Source: Chiloscyllium plagiosum (taxonomy: Eukaryota). Taken from it: a stretch of 41,702 nt of DNA. The first letter of the stretch is position 1; each line of letters begins with the position of its first letter. The position numbers and the translations under genes are program-made. The stretch lies in NCBI RefSeq assembly GCF_004010195.1, contig NC_057753.1, positions 8,867,484 to 8,909,185 of the forward strand, given 5' to 3'. Shown here in pieces: positions 22,590 through 33,700 of this stretch. The notes under the pieces are model-generated. The model did no database searches. It saw nothing but the letters and a program-made list of their open reading frames with translations, and was not told the origin of the DNA.

Positions 22590-22800
22590 AAAGCTCAGTA
22601 TGTCAATGTGTGCTACATTGTAACAAAAGCGAATTAATTGACTGCACATGTTGAAGAGAATAATTATGATCTGAGACTCCTTACAGAGATATGGCTTCAG
22701 AATGTCAAGGATTGGATCCGGAACATCGAGGAGATACGTGGCATTCAAGTCGAGTGGAAAACTCAGTAAAGGTAGAGGGTTGGCACTGCTAATCAAAGCA
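22590..22800 (+). mobile_element. Degenerate LINE AP-endonuclease N-terminal fragment
   Basis: KAN*LTAHVEENNYDL...TEIWLQ and GRGLALLIK resemble the ITETWL and GGGVALLI motifs. Confidence 0.55.
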
Positions 22801-23134
22801 CTGATAACATGGTAGTCTGGTGTCAGCTCGGATTTCAGGTCCTGATTTCTCTGACCTCTGATCTCCCTGTTCCCACAGAGCTAGATGTTGTTTGTCCTCA
22901 GCTCTGCTTGATTTGTGCTGAAGCTTTGACCCCCTTTTACACCTTCTGGAGCAATAAAATATTCTGACCCTCCTGGAAATGACACCTTAGCTATACCCCT
23001 CCTGATTTTAAAAATCTCATAAAGTTATCTCTCAACTTGCTAGGCTCCGTTGGAAAAATGTCCCAGCTTCTTCTTAACTCAAACCCTCCATTCCAGCAAC
23101 ATGCTGGTAAAGTAGGGAATAGGAAATGTATTCT

Positions 23135-23302
23135 GGATCAGTGGTGCTGGAAGAGCACAGCAATTCAGGCAGCATCCGAGGACAGGCAAAATCGACATTT
23201 CGGGCAAAAGCCCTTCATCAGGAATAAAGGCAGAGAGCCTGAAGCGTGGAGAGATAAGCGACGTTTCGGGCAAAAGCCCTTCATCAGGAATAAAGGCAGA
23301 GA
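23135..23302 (-). mobile_element. PLE terminus with tandemly duplicated hammerhead motifs (23194-23221 and 23260-23287)
   Basis: Two copies of CTGATGA-A-GGGC-TTTT-GCCC-GAAAY-GTC, 66 nt apart. Confidence 0.75.
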
Positions 23303-24169
23303 AATGTATCAAATCGCATAAATGTACTGTCTGAAACAATCTGGCTGTGTTCTTGCCTGAGATATTGAGAGTCCCTGGTGTAAGTAATTACGAATGCAAT
23401 AATTTTGGTCACAGAATTGAACAATCATTTTGCAACAAAGCGATCTCCTCTAATAAGGAGGTAGTGGCCTTTCCTATGGTAAGTGTACAGTTTGTAGATC
23501 AGGGAGATGAAGTTCCCCACACTTGGGAAGGGCAAAAAATGACTGTGATAAATAAGACAAAGAACTGTGGATGCTGGAAATCTGGAACAAAAACTGAGAA
23601 CACTGGAAAAAACTCAGCAGGACTGGAAGCATATGTGGAGAGAAAGCAGAGTTAAAGTTTCGAGTACAACAACTCCTCTTCAGGATTCTGAAATAATTTG
23701 TGACAACCCCTTAAGTCATCTGCCCAACTTTAAGACCATAATACACAGCAGCAGGATGAGGCCATTTGGCCCATCGAGTCTGCTCCACCAGTCGATCATG
23801 GCTGATATGTTTCTCCATCCCATTCTGCTGCCTTCTCCTCACAACCCTTGACCCCTTCCTAATCAAGAACCTATCTCTGTCTTAAATGCCCTCAATGACT
23901 TGGCATCCTCAACCCTTCTCCCTAGTGGAAACATCATCTCCACATCCACACTATCCGGTCATAGAGTAGCACAGCGCTGCCTGACCCACTGTGATCTTCA
24001 GCATTTGTTGTTTTCAGGAAGGATTCCAGAATCTACAACAATGCACTTCTAAATTTTGTACCCAGTTGGTTAGCTCTCCCTGGGTCCCGTGAGATTTAAA
24101 CCTTACTCAACAATCCACTGTGTGGTACAATTAACAAAGTTCCCAGTCCCCACCTCTTTCTGCAGACGA

Positions 24170-24495
24170 ATGTAGCACGATGATTCAGTGGTTTGCACTG
24201 CTGCCTTACCGCACCAAGGATCCGCGTTCGATCCCAGCCTTGGGGCGACTATCTGTGTGGAGTTTGCACATTCTCTCTGCCGTGTCTGCGTGGGTTTCCT
24301 CCGGGTGCTCTGGTTTCCTCCCAAAACCTAACGATGTGCAGTTTCATCTGAAGTGGCCATACTAGATGGGCCCACAGTGTGCAATAAATGTCGAGTTATG
24401 GGATAGGGGAATGTGTCTGCATGGTTCACACATTGGATGGTCAGTGTGGACTTGTTGGGCTGAATGGCGTGCTTCCACATTGTAGGAATTCTACG
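24170..24495 (+). mobile_element. tRNA-derived V-SINE (HE1-like)
   Basis: B-box GTTCGATCCC and V-domain TGTGTGGAGTTTGCACATTCTC...TCTGCGTGGGTTTCCTCCGGGTGCTCTGGTTTCCTCCC. Confidence 0.85.
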
Positions 24496-24589
24496 TGGCA
24501 TTCCCCCAACTCCAGAGTCTCAGAACACTTGGCTTTTCCCATGGACAGTGTTGGGGAGGGAAACAATGTTTTACATGGGAGGAAGGTTC

Positions 24590-24962
24590 AGTGAGTGAGC
24601 TGTTTTCCCCGGTATACCAGAGGCTGAAGGGGTGACCTTACAGACTTTTATAGAGTCGTGAGAGACATGGATAGGGTAAATAGACAAGGTCATTTCCCTG
24701 GGATGGGAGAAGTCCAGAACAGGAGGGTAATATGTTTGGGGTGAGGGAGGCAAGTGGAAGGAATGATCTGCCGGAGGAAGTAGTGGATGTATGTCCAATT
24801 ATAACATTTAAAAGGCATCTGGATGGGTGTATGAATAGGAAGAGTTCAGAGGGATATGTGTCAAGTGCTGGTAAATGAGACGAGATTAAGTTAAGCTATC
24901 TGGTCTGCACGGATGAGTTGGACAGAAGGATCTGTTTTTGTGCTGTGTATCTCTATGACTCT
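24590..24962 (+). mobile_element. CR1 LINE 3' end
   Basis: Reads RLKG.DL..., then TFKRHLDGCMNRK, with tail GTGCTGTGTATCTCTATGACTCT. Confidence 0.8.
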
Positions 24963-25259
24963 GGCTTGCCCGCAATGCTTGCCATGCCTGTATGTTCGAT
25001 TTCTGTCTGGTGTCTGTGCCAATGCCTTGATATCTCATTTCCCCCATCTCCCCACTTCCACCTCCCCAGATGTTAACCATTCCGTGTCTGGTTTTTTTCT
25101 AAAGGAGCTGCATTGAAGGTTCATCCTGAATTGACACTTTTCTTTGCTTCCCAAAATCAGACTTACTCACTCCTAGATGTCGTGAAAGATACTAACTTTC
25201 AGGTGGAGGTATCCAAAATTCAGAGGTGTCTGTCTTGATGTTTTCACTTTTCGGTCTCT

Positions 25260-25448
25260 GTAAGATCCTGAATCAGTACCATCGGGAGAATTAGTTTGAG
25301 CGGAGTGAGAATAGAGGGGTGAGAGGGGGTGGGATGGTGCTTTCAATTTTGTGGGAAAAGAAAAGAATGTTCTGCGGAAAGTAAAATTGCTTGTTTGGAA
25401 TTTCTAACCTCGACTGACAGTGATGATTTTTGTAATCTCTTTTTACAG
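25260..25448 (+). other. Putative 5' UTR intron of the downstream ZNF gene
   Basis: Donor GTAAGA at 25260 and polypyrimidine acceptor TCTCTTTTTACAG ending at 25448. An upstream candidate exon spans 25177-25259 after CTCCTAG. Confidence 0.35.
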
Positions 25449-25466
25449 ATTATTTGAAGATCTGAA

Positions 25467-27180
25467 GATGGAAGTTTCAAAATCAATAGCTTTGCCTGAA
25501 ACATTGACTTTGCTGCTCCTCAGATGCTGCCTGATCTGCTGTGATTTTCCAGCATTGCACTTTGACTCTGACTCTCCAGTATTTGCAGTCCTCAATTTCA
25601 CGTCAATGTCTGACAGTCACTGAATCCATCGGGACTATAACAATTTTTGACTATGATTCTGTGAGAAGGAACCAAGCTTTTTGGTTCCTGTTTCAGTGCG
25701 TTTTCAGTATCAGTGAGACTGGAAGAGAGACACTACTGTAGCGAATCTAATCTCATCTAATCTAATCTACTGTTGCAGCACTCTGACTGTGGAGCCAGAA
25801 AATGTTATACAGACTAGGAAGAGCAATTCACGGCAGAGAGGTCCTGTACACGCGTTTGTGTGCAGGTGAAGCTTTGTTCATGGAGAAACTCAAGGAATCC
25901 CGTCCCGTGGAGAAACTATGGAAGTGTGGCGACTGTGGGAATAGCTTTCGTTTCCCATCTGACCTGGAGCCTCATTGGCGTAGTCACACCGGGGAGAGGC
26001 CATTCTCCTGCTCTGAGTGCGGAAAGGGCGTCAGCAATTCCTCCCGCATACTGAGGCACCAGGGGGTCTACACGGGGGAGAGGCCCTTCAGATGTCCCAA
26101 CTGCGCGAAGGCCTTCAGCCGTTCCTACTTTCTGCAGAGGCACCAGCGGGTCACACAGGCTAGAGGCCATTCGCCTGCCCCGAATACAGGAATTCCTTCA
26201 GCTATTCCTCCGTCCTGCTGACCCACCGCCTGGTCCACATATTGGAGAAGCCCTTCAGCTGCTCCAAGTTCGGGAAGGCCTTCAACGATACCTCTGCCCT
26301 GCTGAGGCACCAGCGGGTCCACACCGGGGAGAGGCCGTTCTCCTGCCTCAAGTGCAGGAAAGGCTTTACCCAGGCATCCCACCTTCGGGTCCACTCGGGA
26401 GAGAGGCCCTTCCCCGCCCAGAGTGCAGGAAGGCCTTCAGCAATTTCTCCCACCTGATGAAGCAAAGGCGGGGCCATACCGGGGAGAGGCAGTTCACCTG
26501 CCCCGAGTGCAGGCGGATGTTCTCATCATTCTGCCCCTTGCAGAAGCACCAGCGGGCACACCAGTGCTCCCAACAATCTGATTCTGCTGGTGATACTGCT
26601 GTGGGTCACTGCCAGTATTGAACACCTGCCCATTCTGACAGTGCTTATAGTGGGAGAGTCGGTCGGATTTTTTTGCTTTATGCCGTCGTGTTCCCCACCC
26701 CCGCAACTTTGCTTCCAGTGGGCGCTCCTCCTCGTTGAGCCCAGGAGCTGTTCACTCTAGTTATTTTCTGTCCAGTTAAAGAATTATTGGCTTTCTCTGG
26801 GAACAAGTCCCAGTCTGAAAGAAATAGCTGAAAACTTCAGGGTGTCCATTCGCATTCAGCAGTGACTTTGAAATTAAATTTACGGTTATGTGCCTGTGAA
26901 CAACTCATCATCGAAGGATTGCCCAACTGCTTGGCAATCCATTGTTGGAAACTGTTTGCTTGAATTGATAATTTTAAAACTTCTCTTCCTTAATTTACAC
27001 CCTAAGTTTCTGTCAATAAGATTGTGGAGGAGTTGATCAAAAGGCATAAATCATTGCTATTAACTGGATTATCTTGTTTAACTTTGCCCTCGTAAATTTG
27101 CGGTATTCATAATTGTTTGTTTTTGTTTAAATTATAATTCTGGTGTGCAAGATCTGTTCATTAAGTGTGGTCCTCTTGAT
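25467..27180 (+). repeat. Duplicated ZNF module, paralogous to about 39674-41510
   Basis: Collinear from GATGGAAGTT through the ZNF exon and 3' flank. Confidence 0.9.
25880..26621 (+). pseudogene. C2H2 zinc-finger pseudogene, 8 fingers
   Basis: Starts MEKLKESRPVEKLWKCGDCG and has TGERPF linkers. There are frameshifts near 26150 and 26415, a TAG at 26161-26163 in the finger frame, and Cys/His losses (C to Y, C to F, H to Y, H to Q). Confidence 0.9.
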
Positions 27181-27760
27181 GAAACTGCTGTGGGTCACTC
27201 CCAGGACTGACCCCCTGTGCATTCTGACAGTGTGTGTGCAGTGGGAGAGCCAGTGGGCATTTTTGTTTTATGCCCTTGCCCCGCCCTGCCCCGACGCCAA
27301 CTTTGCTTCCATTGGGCGTTGCTGCTTGTTGAGCCCAGGAGCTGTCCTCTCTAGATTCTACTGTACAGTTAAAGAATTGTTGGCTCTTTCTGGGAATGAG
27401 TCCCAATCTGTAAGAAATGGCTGAATACTTTGGGGTGTCTATTCACATTCAGCAGTGACTTTTAAATTAGATTTACAGTTACGTGTCTGCGAAAAACGCA
27501 TAGTCCAAGAATTGCACAAAGGCTTGGCAATCCATTGTTGGAAACTGCTTGTTTGAATTGGCAAGTTTAAAAAAAATATTTCTTAATTTGCCACTTAAAT
27601 TTCTGTCTCTGAGATGGTGGGGACTTGATTAAAGGGTTTAAATCATTGCTATAAATTAGATGATCTTGTTTAACTTTACCCCAGAAAAGTTGCCGTATTT
27701 ATAATTTGTTGGTTTTTGTTTAAATTATAATGTTGATGTGCAAGATCTGTTCTTCATCAA
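26595..27760 (+). repeat. Diverged tandem duplication (~585 bp) of the ZNF tail/3' flank
   Basis: ACTGCTGTGGGTCACT...TGTGCAAGATCTGTTC occurs at about 26595-27160 and again at about 27184-27755. The same arrangement is seen at about 40934 and 41514. Confidence 0.85.
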
Positions 27761-30700
27761 GTCTGGTTAGGAACAGTTGAGAAATTGAGGGACATTGCAT
27801 GTTTTAATTTCACTGTGTTGTGAATCTGATAGCAGTAACACTCATTTGTATTGGGTTGCTTACCCTTATTTGTAATGTCTTTCACCCCAACTATTCACTA
27901 TGGTCGTGAGTTCCACAGTCGGGGAACTTGAGGATTGGTGTAGAACGTACTAAGTGTCAGTCATAATGGAAGAAGCTCGACTGTTTATTTAACCCTTTGC
28001 TGGCATTGTCCTTGGACTGTATGAATGGGGACGTGTAGAAGGAGTTTTACTCTGTATCTCACCACACTCTTAGAGTTTTCATGAAATCCTTAGTACACAA
28101 TTGTAAGGGAAAATGTTGACGAGGGCAGAATATAGAGTCTTAAGTGCAAAAGCCAGGAAGACATTCGACAAAGTAAGACCATGACAATGTAGGGACAAAT
28201 AAGGAACTTTGACAGCAATGAAGAGGTCACAGGTCAGAGTTCAAGATAATGGTCGTGACAAAAAGAAAAAGTGCTCTGCAGATATTGGATATTGTAATTA
28301 AGCAAGTTTCTAGATGCTGTAGTTGGTTGAATACGATAACGTAAGAGATGAAATAACCAAAACCACTCATGTAATTTGATGTCGGTAACCATAAAGCAAG
28401 TGTATGCTATTGACTAATATAGGTCAATAGCATGCAAGTAGGCCATTCAGGCCATCGAGTCAACATTGACTGACCGTCCCACCAAGACCCAGTTCGTTAC
28501 CCTATCTCTGTAACCCTGCATCTCCCATGGTAAATCTACCCTCACCTGCACATCCTTTGGATTGTGGGAGGAGGCCAGAGCACCAGAGGAAACCCACACA
28601 GACACAAGGGGAGAATGTGCAAACTCCACACAGACAGTCGGCCCGAGGGTGGGATCAAACCCAGGTCACTGATGCCACCACCACATGCTGCTCTCTAAAG
28701 AAGTGAATTTCAAAGACTCGGGAACACTTGAGAGAAAAACAAAGCTCTCGTATCTTAAATGAGAGGCTAGTCTCTGGCTAGAAATGAATGGATATTACAT
28801 TTACATTAAGTCCTCTCCAGATGTTATACAGCTTCATCAGATCATCTGTTTCTTCTAAACTCAAACTGATACAAGCCCAGCCTGACATCCCCTTGTCCCT
28901 GATTATAAGTTGAGTAAATCAGCGACCTCACTGGCATGACACAGGATGCCCTCAATCCAAGTTGACCTTAATTGTCTAACCTCTTGACCCCCACGCCACC
29001 ATGTGGTCAGCCGCAACTCAGCCCTGAACGAGAGCAGAGGAACTGAATAGACAGCAGTGAGGTGGACATTGCATTCCCAGAGAATATCGTTCAAGTGAGA
29101 AAGTTGTTCAGCTCACATTCGGATCATTGCAGGGACAATGTCTCCTGTCATTTTAATATCTTAGATCCCAATAACAGTCTAGTTTTGTTGTACATTTTGC
29201 GTGTTTTACCTGATTTTCTGTTGCTGTCATTCCCATTAGGGTGTGTGAATTCAGTACCGGATAATAGTCTCAGTTCTGAATTATCCTTGAGGATTGGTGT
29301 AGAACGTACTAAGTGTCAGTCATAATGGAAGAAGCTCTACTGTTTATTTAACCCTTTGCTGGCATTGTCCTTGGACTGTATGAATGGGGAAGTGTAGAGT
29401 GAGTTTTACTCTGTATCGAACCCAATGCTCTCTCTGTCTTGTCAGTGTTTGTTGGGGACAGTGTTGAGGTAGCTTCATTTTCAATTTAAGAGTAGAGGAA
29501 GCTTTATTCTGATTGTAATCCCATGCTGTCCTTTTCCTGCGAGTGTGAGATGGCATCTGTAATTGAAGTGAATGCAGACTTGCTGTGGGAGTGGAGGGTA
29601 CTTCTACCTGAGCACACCCATCTTTGAGATTGCTGTGCTAATCAAGACAATCTCAGACACCTTCATTCACTTTTCCAACCAACCACAGGGTGGTTCAGGC
29701 TGGATAAAAATGCTGGCATTGCCAGCGATGCCCACACCCCATGCATGAAAAAATACTTTTTGTTTAAAAGTTACATTCACGTTCCAAACCCTCTAATGTA
29801 TGATTACTTACATGGAAAATTCCTGTGTGTTTGGAATATCATTTTAAAACAGACGAATGTGTCAACCATGTAGAAATATAACAAGAACAACAAATGGAGA
29901 AGTTAACAGGTAATGAGCAGGACCAGAATGCTGAGTCAGTCTGACCTCCGTGGCTGAGAGAGTTCTCCCAGATGTTGAAGTTACACTAATGCCTTTTACT
30001 CTTGCAGCTTCCCCAAAAGTTTGTCCCTGATGTAAGATCATTCAACGACCCGAAGAACTAACTATTTTTATCTCCATAGCTGCTGCCAGACTTGCTGAGT
30101 AATTCCATCCCTTCTGCTTTATTCTTTTATCGGATTTGAGCTTCCCTCAGTCAGTGTAATGAAGAACTGCAATGCTGGAGATCTGAAACACAAAAATGCA
30201 CCAATTGCTGGAGAAACTCAACAGGACTGGAAACACAAGTGGAAAGAGAAGCAGAGTTAGCATCACAACTGTTCTGGACGCAGGCCAGGACATTGACTCC
30301 GTTTCTTTCTCTCTCTCTCTCTCTCTCCACCGGTGTTGCCAGACTGGCTGAGTTTCCCCAGCAATTTTTGTTCTGACACTTTCACAAGGTTGATGTTTGT
30401 TATCCATCCCTAAGTGCAAGGTGTCTTGCGTATGCCAATTCAGAGGGCAATTTAAGAGTCAACCACATTGCTGTGGGTCTGGAGTCACATGTAAGCCAGA
30501 CCAGGTAAGGATGGCAGTTTCCCTCCTGAAAGGACATTGGTAAACATGGGTTTTTATGACAATTGACGTCAGTGCCATCGATACCATACTGAGACTAACT
30601 TTGTGTTCCCCATTTATGATTTGAATTATTCACATCTCACCTCTTGCTGTGGTGGGATTTGAACTCATGTTCCCTGGATTACTCATCCTGTGACATTACA

Positions 30701-33700
30701 ACTGTTTACGTCTTTGTCCTCTGATGTTTGGGAAATTGAACCTGTTTGAAAGGCTGCCCTAAACCTGCCCTTTTGACCAAGGTTTTGGTCACCTGTAATA
30801 ATCTGCGCTCTGCTCTTGTGATTTTTAAAGGAATTATCATTATGTTCACGTGAAGCACTCTGAGATAGTTTACTCTTCAGGTGTCATTTGAATGCAGCTT
30901 GTATCCCTATCTTAATCAGGAACTAGGAGAAGTCAGAAATGAGGATGATTTCTTTTCTCGCTGAGAGTTGTGTGTCTTCCTCAAAAGGCAGTGGATTCAG
31001 AATTTTTTAGGCAGAGGTAGATAGGTTCTTGATAACCAAATGGATGAAAGATTGTCTGGAATGTGCCTATTGGGAGCAGGCACATTGTATCAATTGCAGT
31101 ATTTCTTGTGTTAATTTTGTTGCTTCTTACTCAGTGTTGCTGAGAATCTTCTAAATAAAAACCAAAACACTTCTATTATTATCGCACCAATGGAAGTGTT
31201 GGTTTGGATGTAACATTGTTGAATTAGCCATTCCCATCTTTTTCAGAATTCTGTGTTTAAAGGCCTAGAGTCAGGTTTCCGCCCCTGAAACAGTTCTTAT
31301 CAAGATCATGTTTGACACCCTTTGTAACGGTGACAGGGATAAACATTCCCTCGTCGACCTGCGGACAGCCTTGATCAAAGTTAATGACAGTACTGACCCT
31401 CTCCAGCATCACTCTATCCTTGGGAGGGTCTGTTTTTAGCGTCGTCCGTTCTGATTTGTTTAACCGTAGCTGCTGGTGTTGGCATCTATACTGATATCCA
31501 ACTGTGCCTGAACACCACTTCTCTCCCGACTCCTCTGTCATTCATAATTTACCAATAATTTCTTCTGAATGTCTGCCCGATTTCCAGCATTGGATAACCA
31601 TAAACATTCCTTTTGTTAAATATTGTGAAGTGTGAAGCCATTGTTTTAGTCCCCAAGTTCGACCTGAGCATCCCCCTCCCCATCCCAGTAACTCTGTTGA
31701 CAGCCTTCATGTCACATTAAAACTAGGATCTGTAGATCTGTGATCAGTCAGGGGATGAACAGTTACAGGAAAAGAGCAGGAAAGTGGATGTGGGGAATGT
31801 CAAATCAGCCACAATCCTACTGAATGGAGGAGCAAGCTCAAGGGGTTGAATGGCATTTTCCTGTTCCTATTTCTTATGGTTCCCGAGCCCTTACCTCTGA
31901 TACAGGACACTGACTTCCGTATGTGCCATTACTGAGAGTGCTGATGTTCCCTTGTGTAATATCAACAACTGAGAGCTGCTGAAACCTCTTGGTCCTTTGT
32001 TACCTCTAAACATAATATGCCAATGTGTTCTGTGGAGGCGATGGCCGACTTTATAGTCACCAGACTATTCACCCAGGTAATGTTCTGGGGACTTTGGTTC
32101 AAAACCTGCCACGGCAGATGGTGGCATCTGAATTCAATATAAATCTGGAATTAAGAGTCTAATGATGAAACCGTTGTGGTTTGTTGTAAAACCGTATCTG
32201 GTTTCCTGCTGTCCGAACCTGATTTGATCTACATGTGATTTCAGATCCACTGTCAGCTGGTTGAATCTTCACTGCCCTTTCAGGCAATTCTTAAAGCTCA
32301 CCTTTTTTTAACTATGATGTTGCCAGAATGATTTATAGACGGCATAGGCTGGGACTTTTTTTCACTGGAGTGTAGAAGGTTGAGGGTGGAGGTTATGGAG
32401 GTTTATGAAGTAATGAGGGACAAAGATAAGTTGAATAACCTTTGTCTTTTCCCGAAGGGTAGAGCAGTTCAAAATTTGGGAGTATATTTTTTAAGATGAG
32501 AGGGTGAAGATTTAAAAAGGACGGGGCGGGGGGGGGCAACATTTTTTACATTGAAGGTGGTTCGTCTGTGGAATGAACTGTCAGAGGAAGTGGTGGATGC
32601 AGATAATGTTACAATGTTTAAAATTGTTTGGATAAGTACATATGAGCCAAACACAGGCAGGTGGGTCTAATCTTCCCCCAGATAGTCAAAGGGACAGCCC
32701 GTCAGAGGGGGGCAGCGTCACGCCAATCGTTGTTGTGTGGCATGTGTGACAGCTGCAACAAGACGTCCCAACTCCTGTGCTCAATGCTCTGACCAATGAA
32801 AGTAAGCATGCCAAAAGCCTTCTTCACCACCCTGCCGACCCACGATTCCATTTTCGGGGAGCTAATAACCCGCAACCCAAGATCTCTTGGTTCAAAATAC
32901 TGCATATGAAACAGATTTGTTGCTTGTCGGTAGACGTTAATATTTGGTGCATATCTCTCCTCTAATTTGGTATCTTATACTGAATGCCATCACTGATGAA
33001 GTCCAGTGTGCCAAAACCTGAACTTCAAAATCCCTCTGTTCAACTACACTCAAGATCCTACCATTCACAATGTAAATCCTACCTTGGTTTGACTATACAA
33101 AATGTAAGACCTCATAATTAGCTATTTTCAACTCCATTTGCCAATAATTTTAAACTTATGCAAGCTAGTTCAGGACTCTCCCACCCCAGGTAAAAGACCT
33201 TTCCTATTTTCCCTATCCAGGCCCTCATGATTTTATAAACATCTATAAAGTCACCCCTCACCCTTCAAAACTAGCTCAAACTCTCCAACCCTGGCAGCAT
33301 CCTTATAAATGTTTTCTGAACCCTTTCAAGTTTCACAACCTCCTTCCTGTAGCAGAGCCCAGAATTGCATGCAGTATTCCAATAGTGGTGTAATCAATGT
33401 CCTCTCTGAAGAGGATTTTAAAAAATATAACTGCAAGCAAATCAGGTTAGTTGGGCATGACTTTCCCATAGCAGTTTGTTTTGGCTGTCCCTCATTAATC
33501 TATGGGTTTTTTTTCAGTTATAAGAAAATATTTTGTTGGATGTGATGATTGCGAGCACATCCAACATTTGCTCATTGTACCTCATGGCCCTTGGACACAG
33601 TAATTGTGACTACACGCTAGAAGGCAGTTCAGAGTCAACCACATGATAGTAGGTCTGAAGTCACAAAGTGAGTATGTGTGTGTGTGTGTGTGTGTGCACG

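Noticed and set aside
23193..23302. Repeat-spacer-repeat resembling a CRISPR array
   Set aside because: Only two units in vertebrate DNA, no cas genes, and the spacer is itself PLE terminal sequence.
24175..24245. tRNA-like A/B boxes (also near 11265 and 1450-1505)
   Set aside because: These are heads of V-SINEs with no cloverleaf.
25449..25879. Possible KRAB or SCAN effector exon upstream of the ZNF
   Set aside because: No such motif was recognisable in the translated ORFs of this region. It contains a PLE-terminus fragment and looks like 5' UTR.
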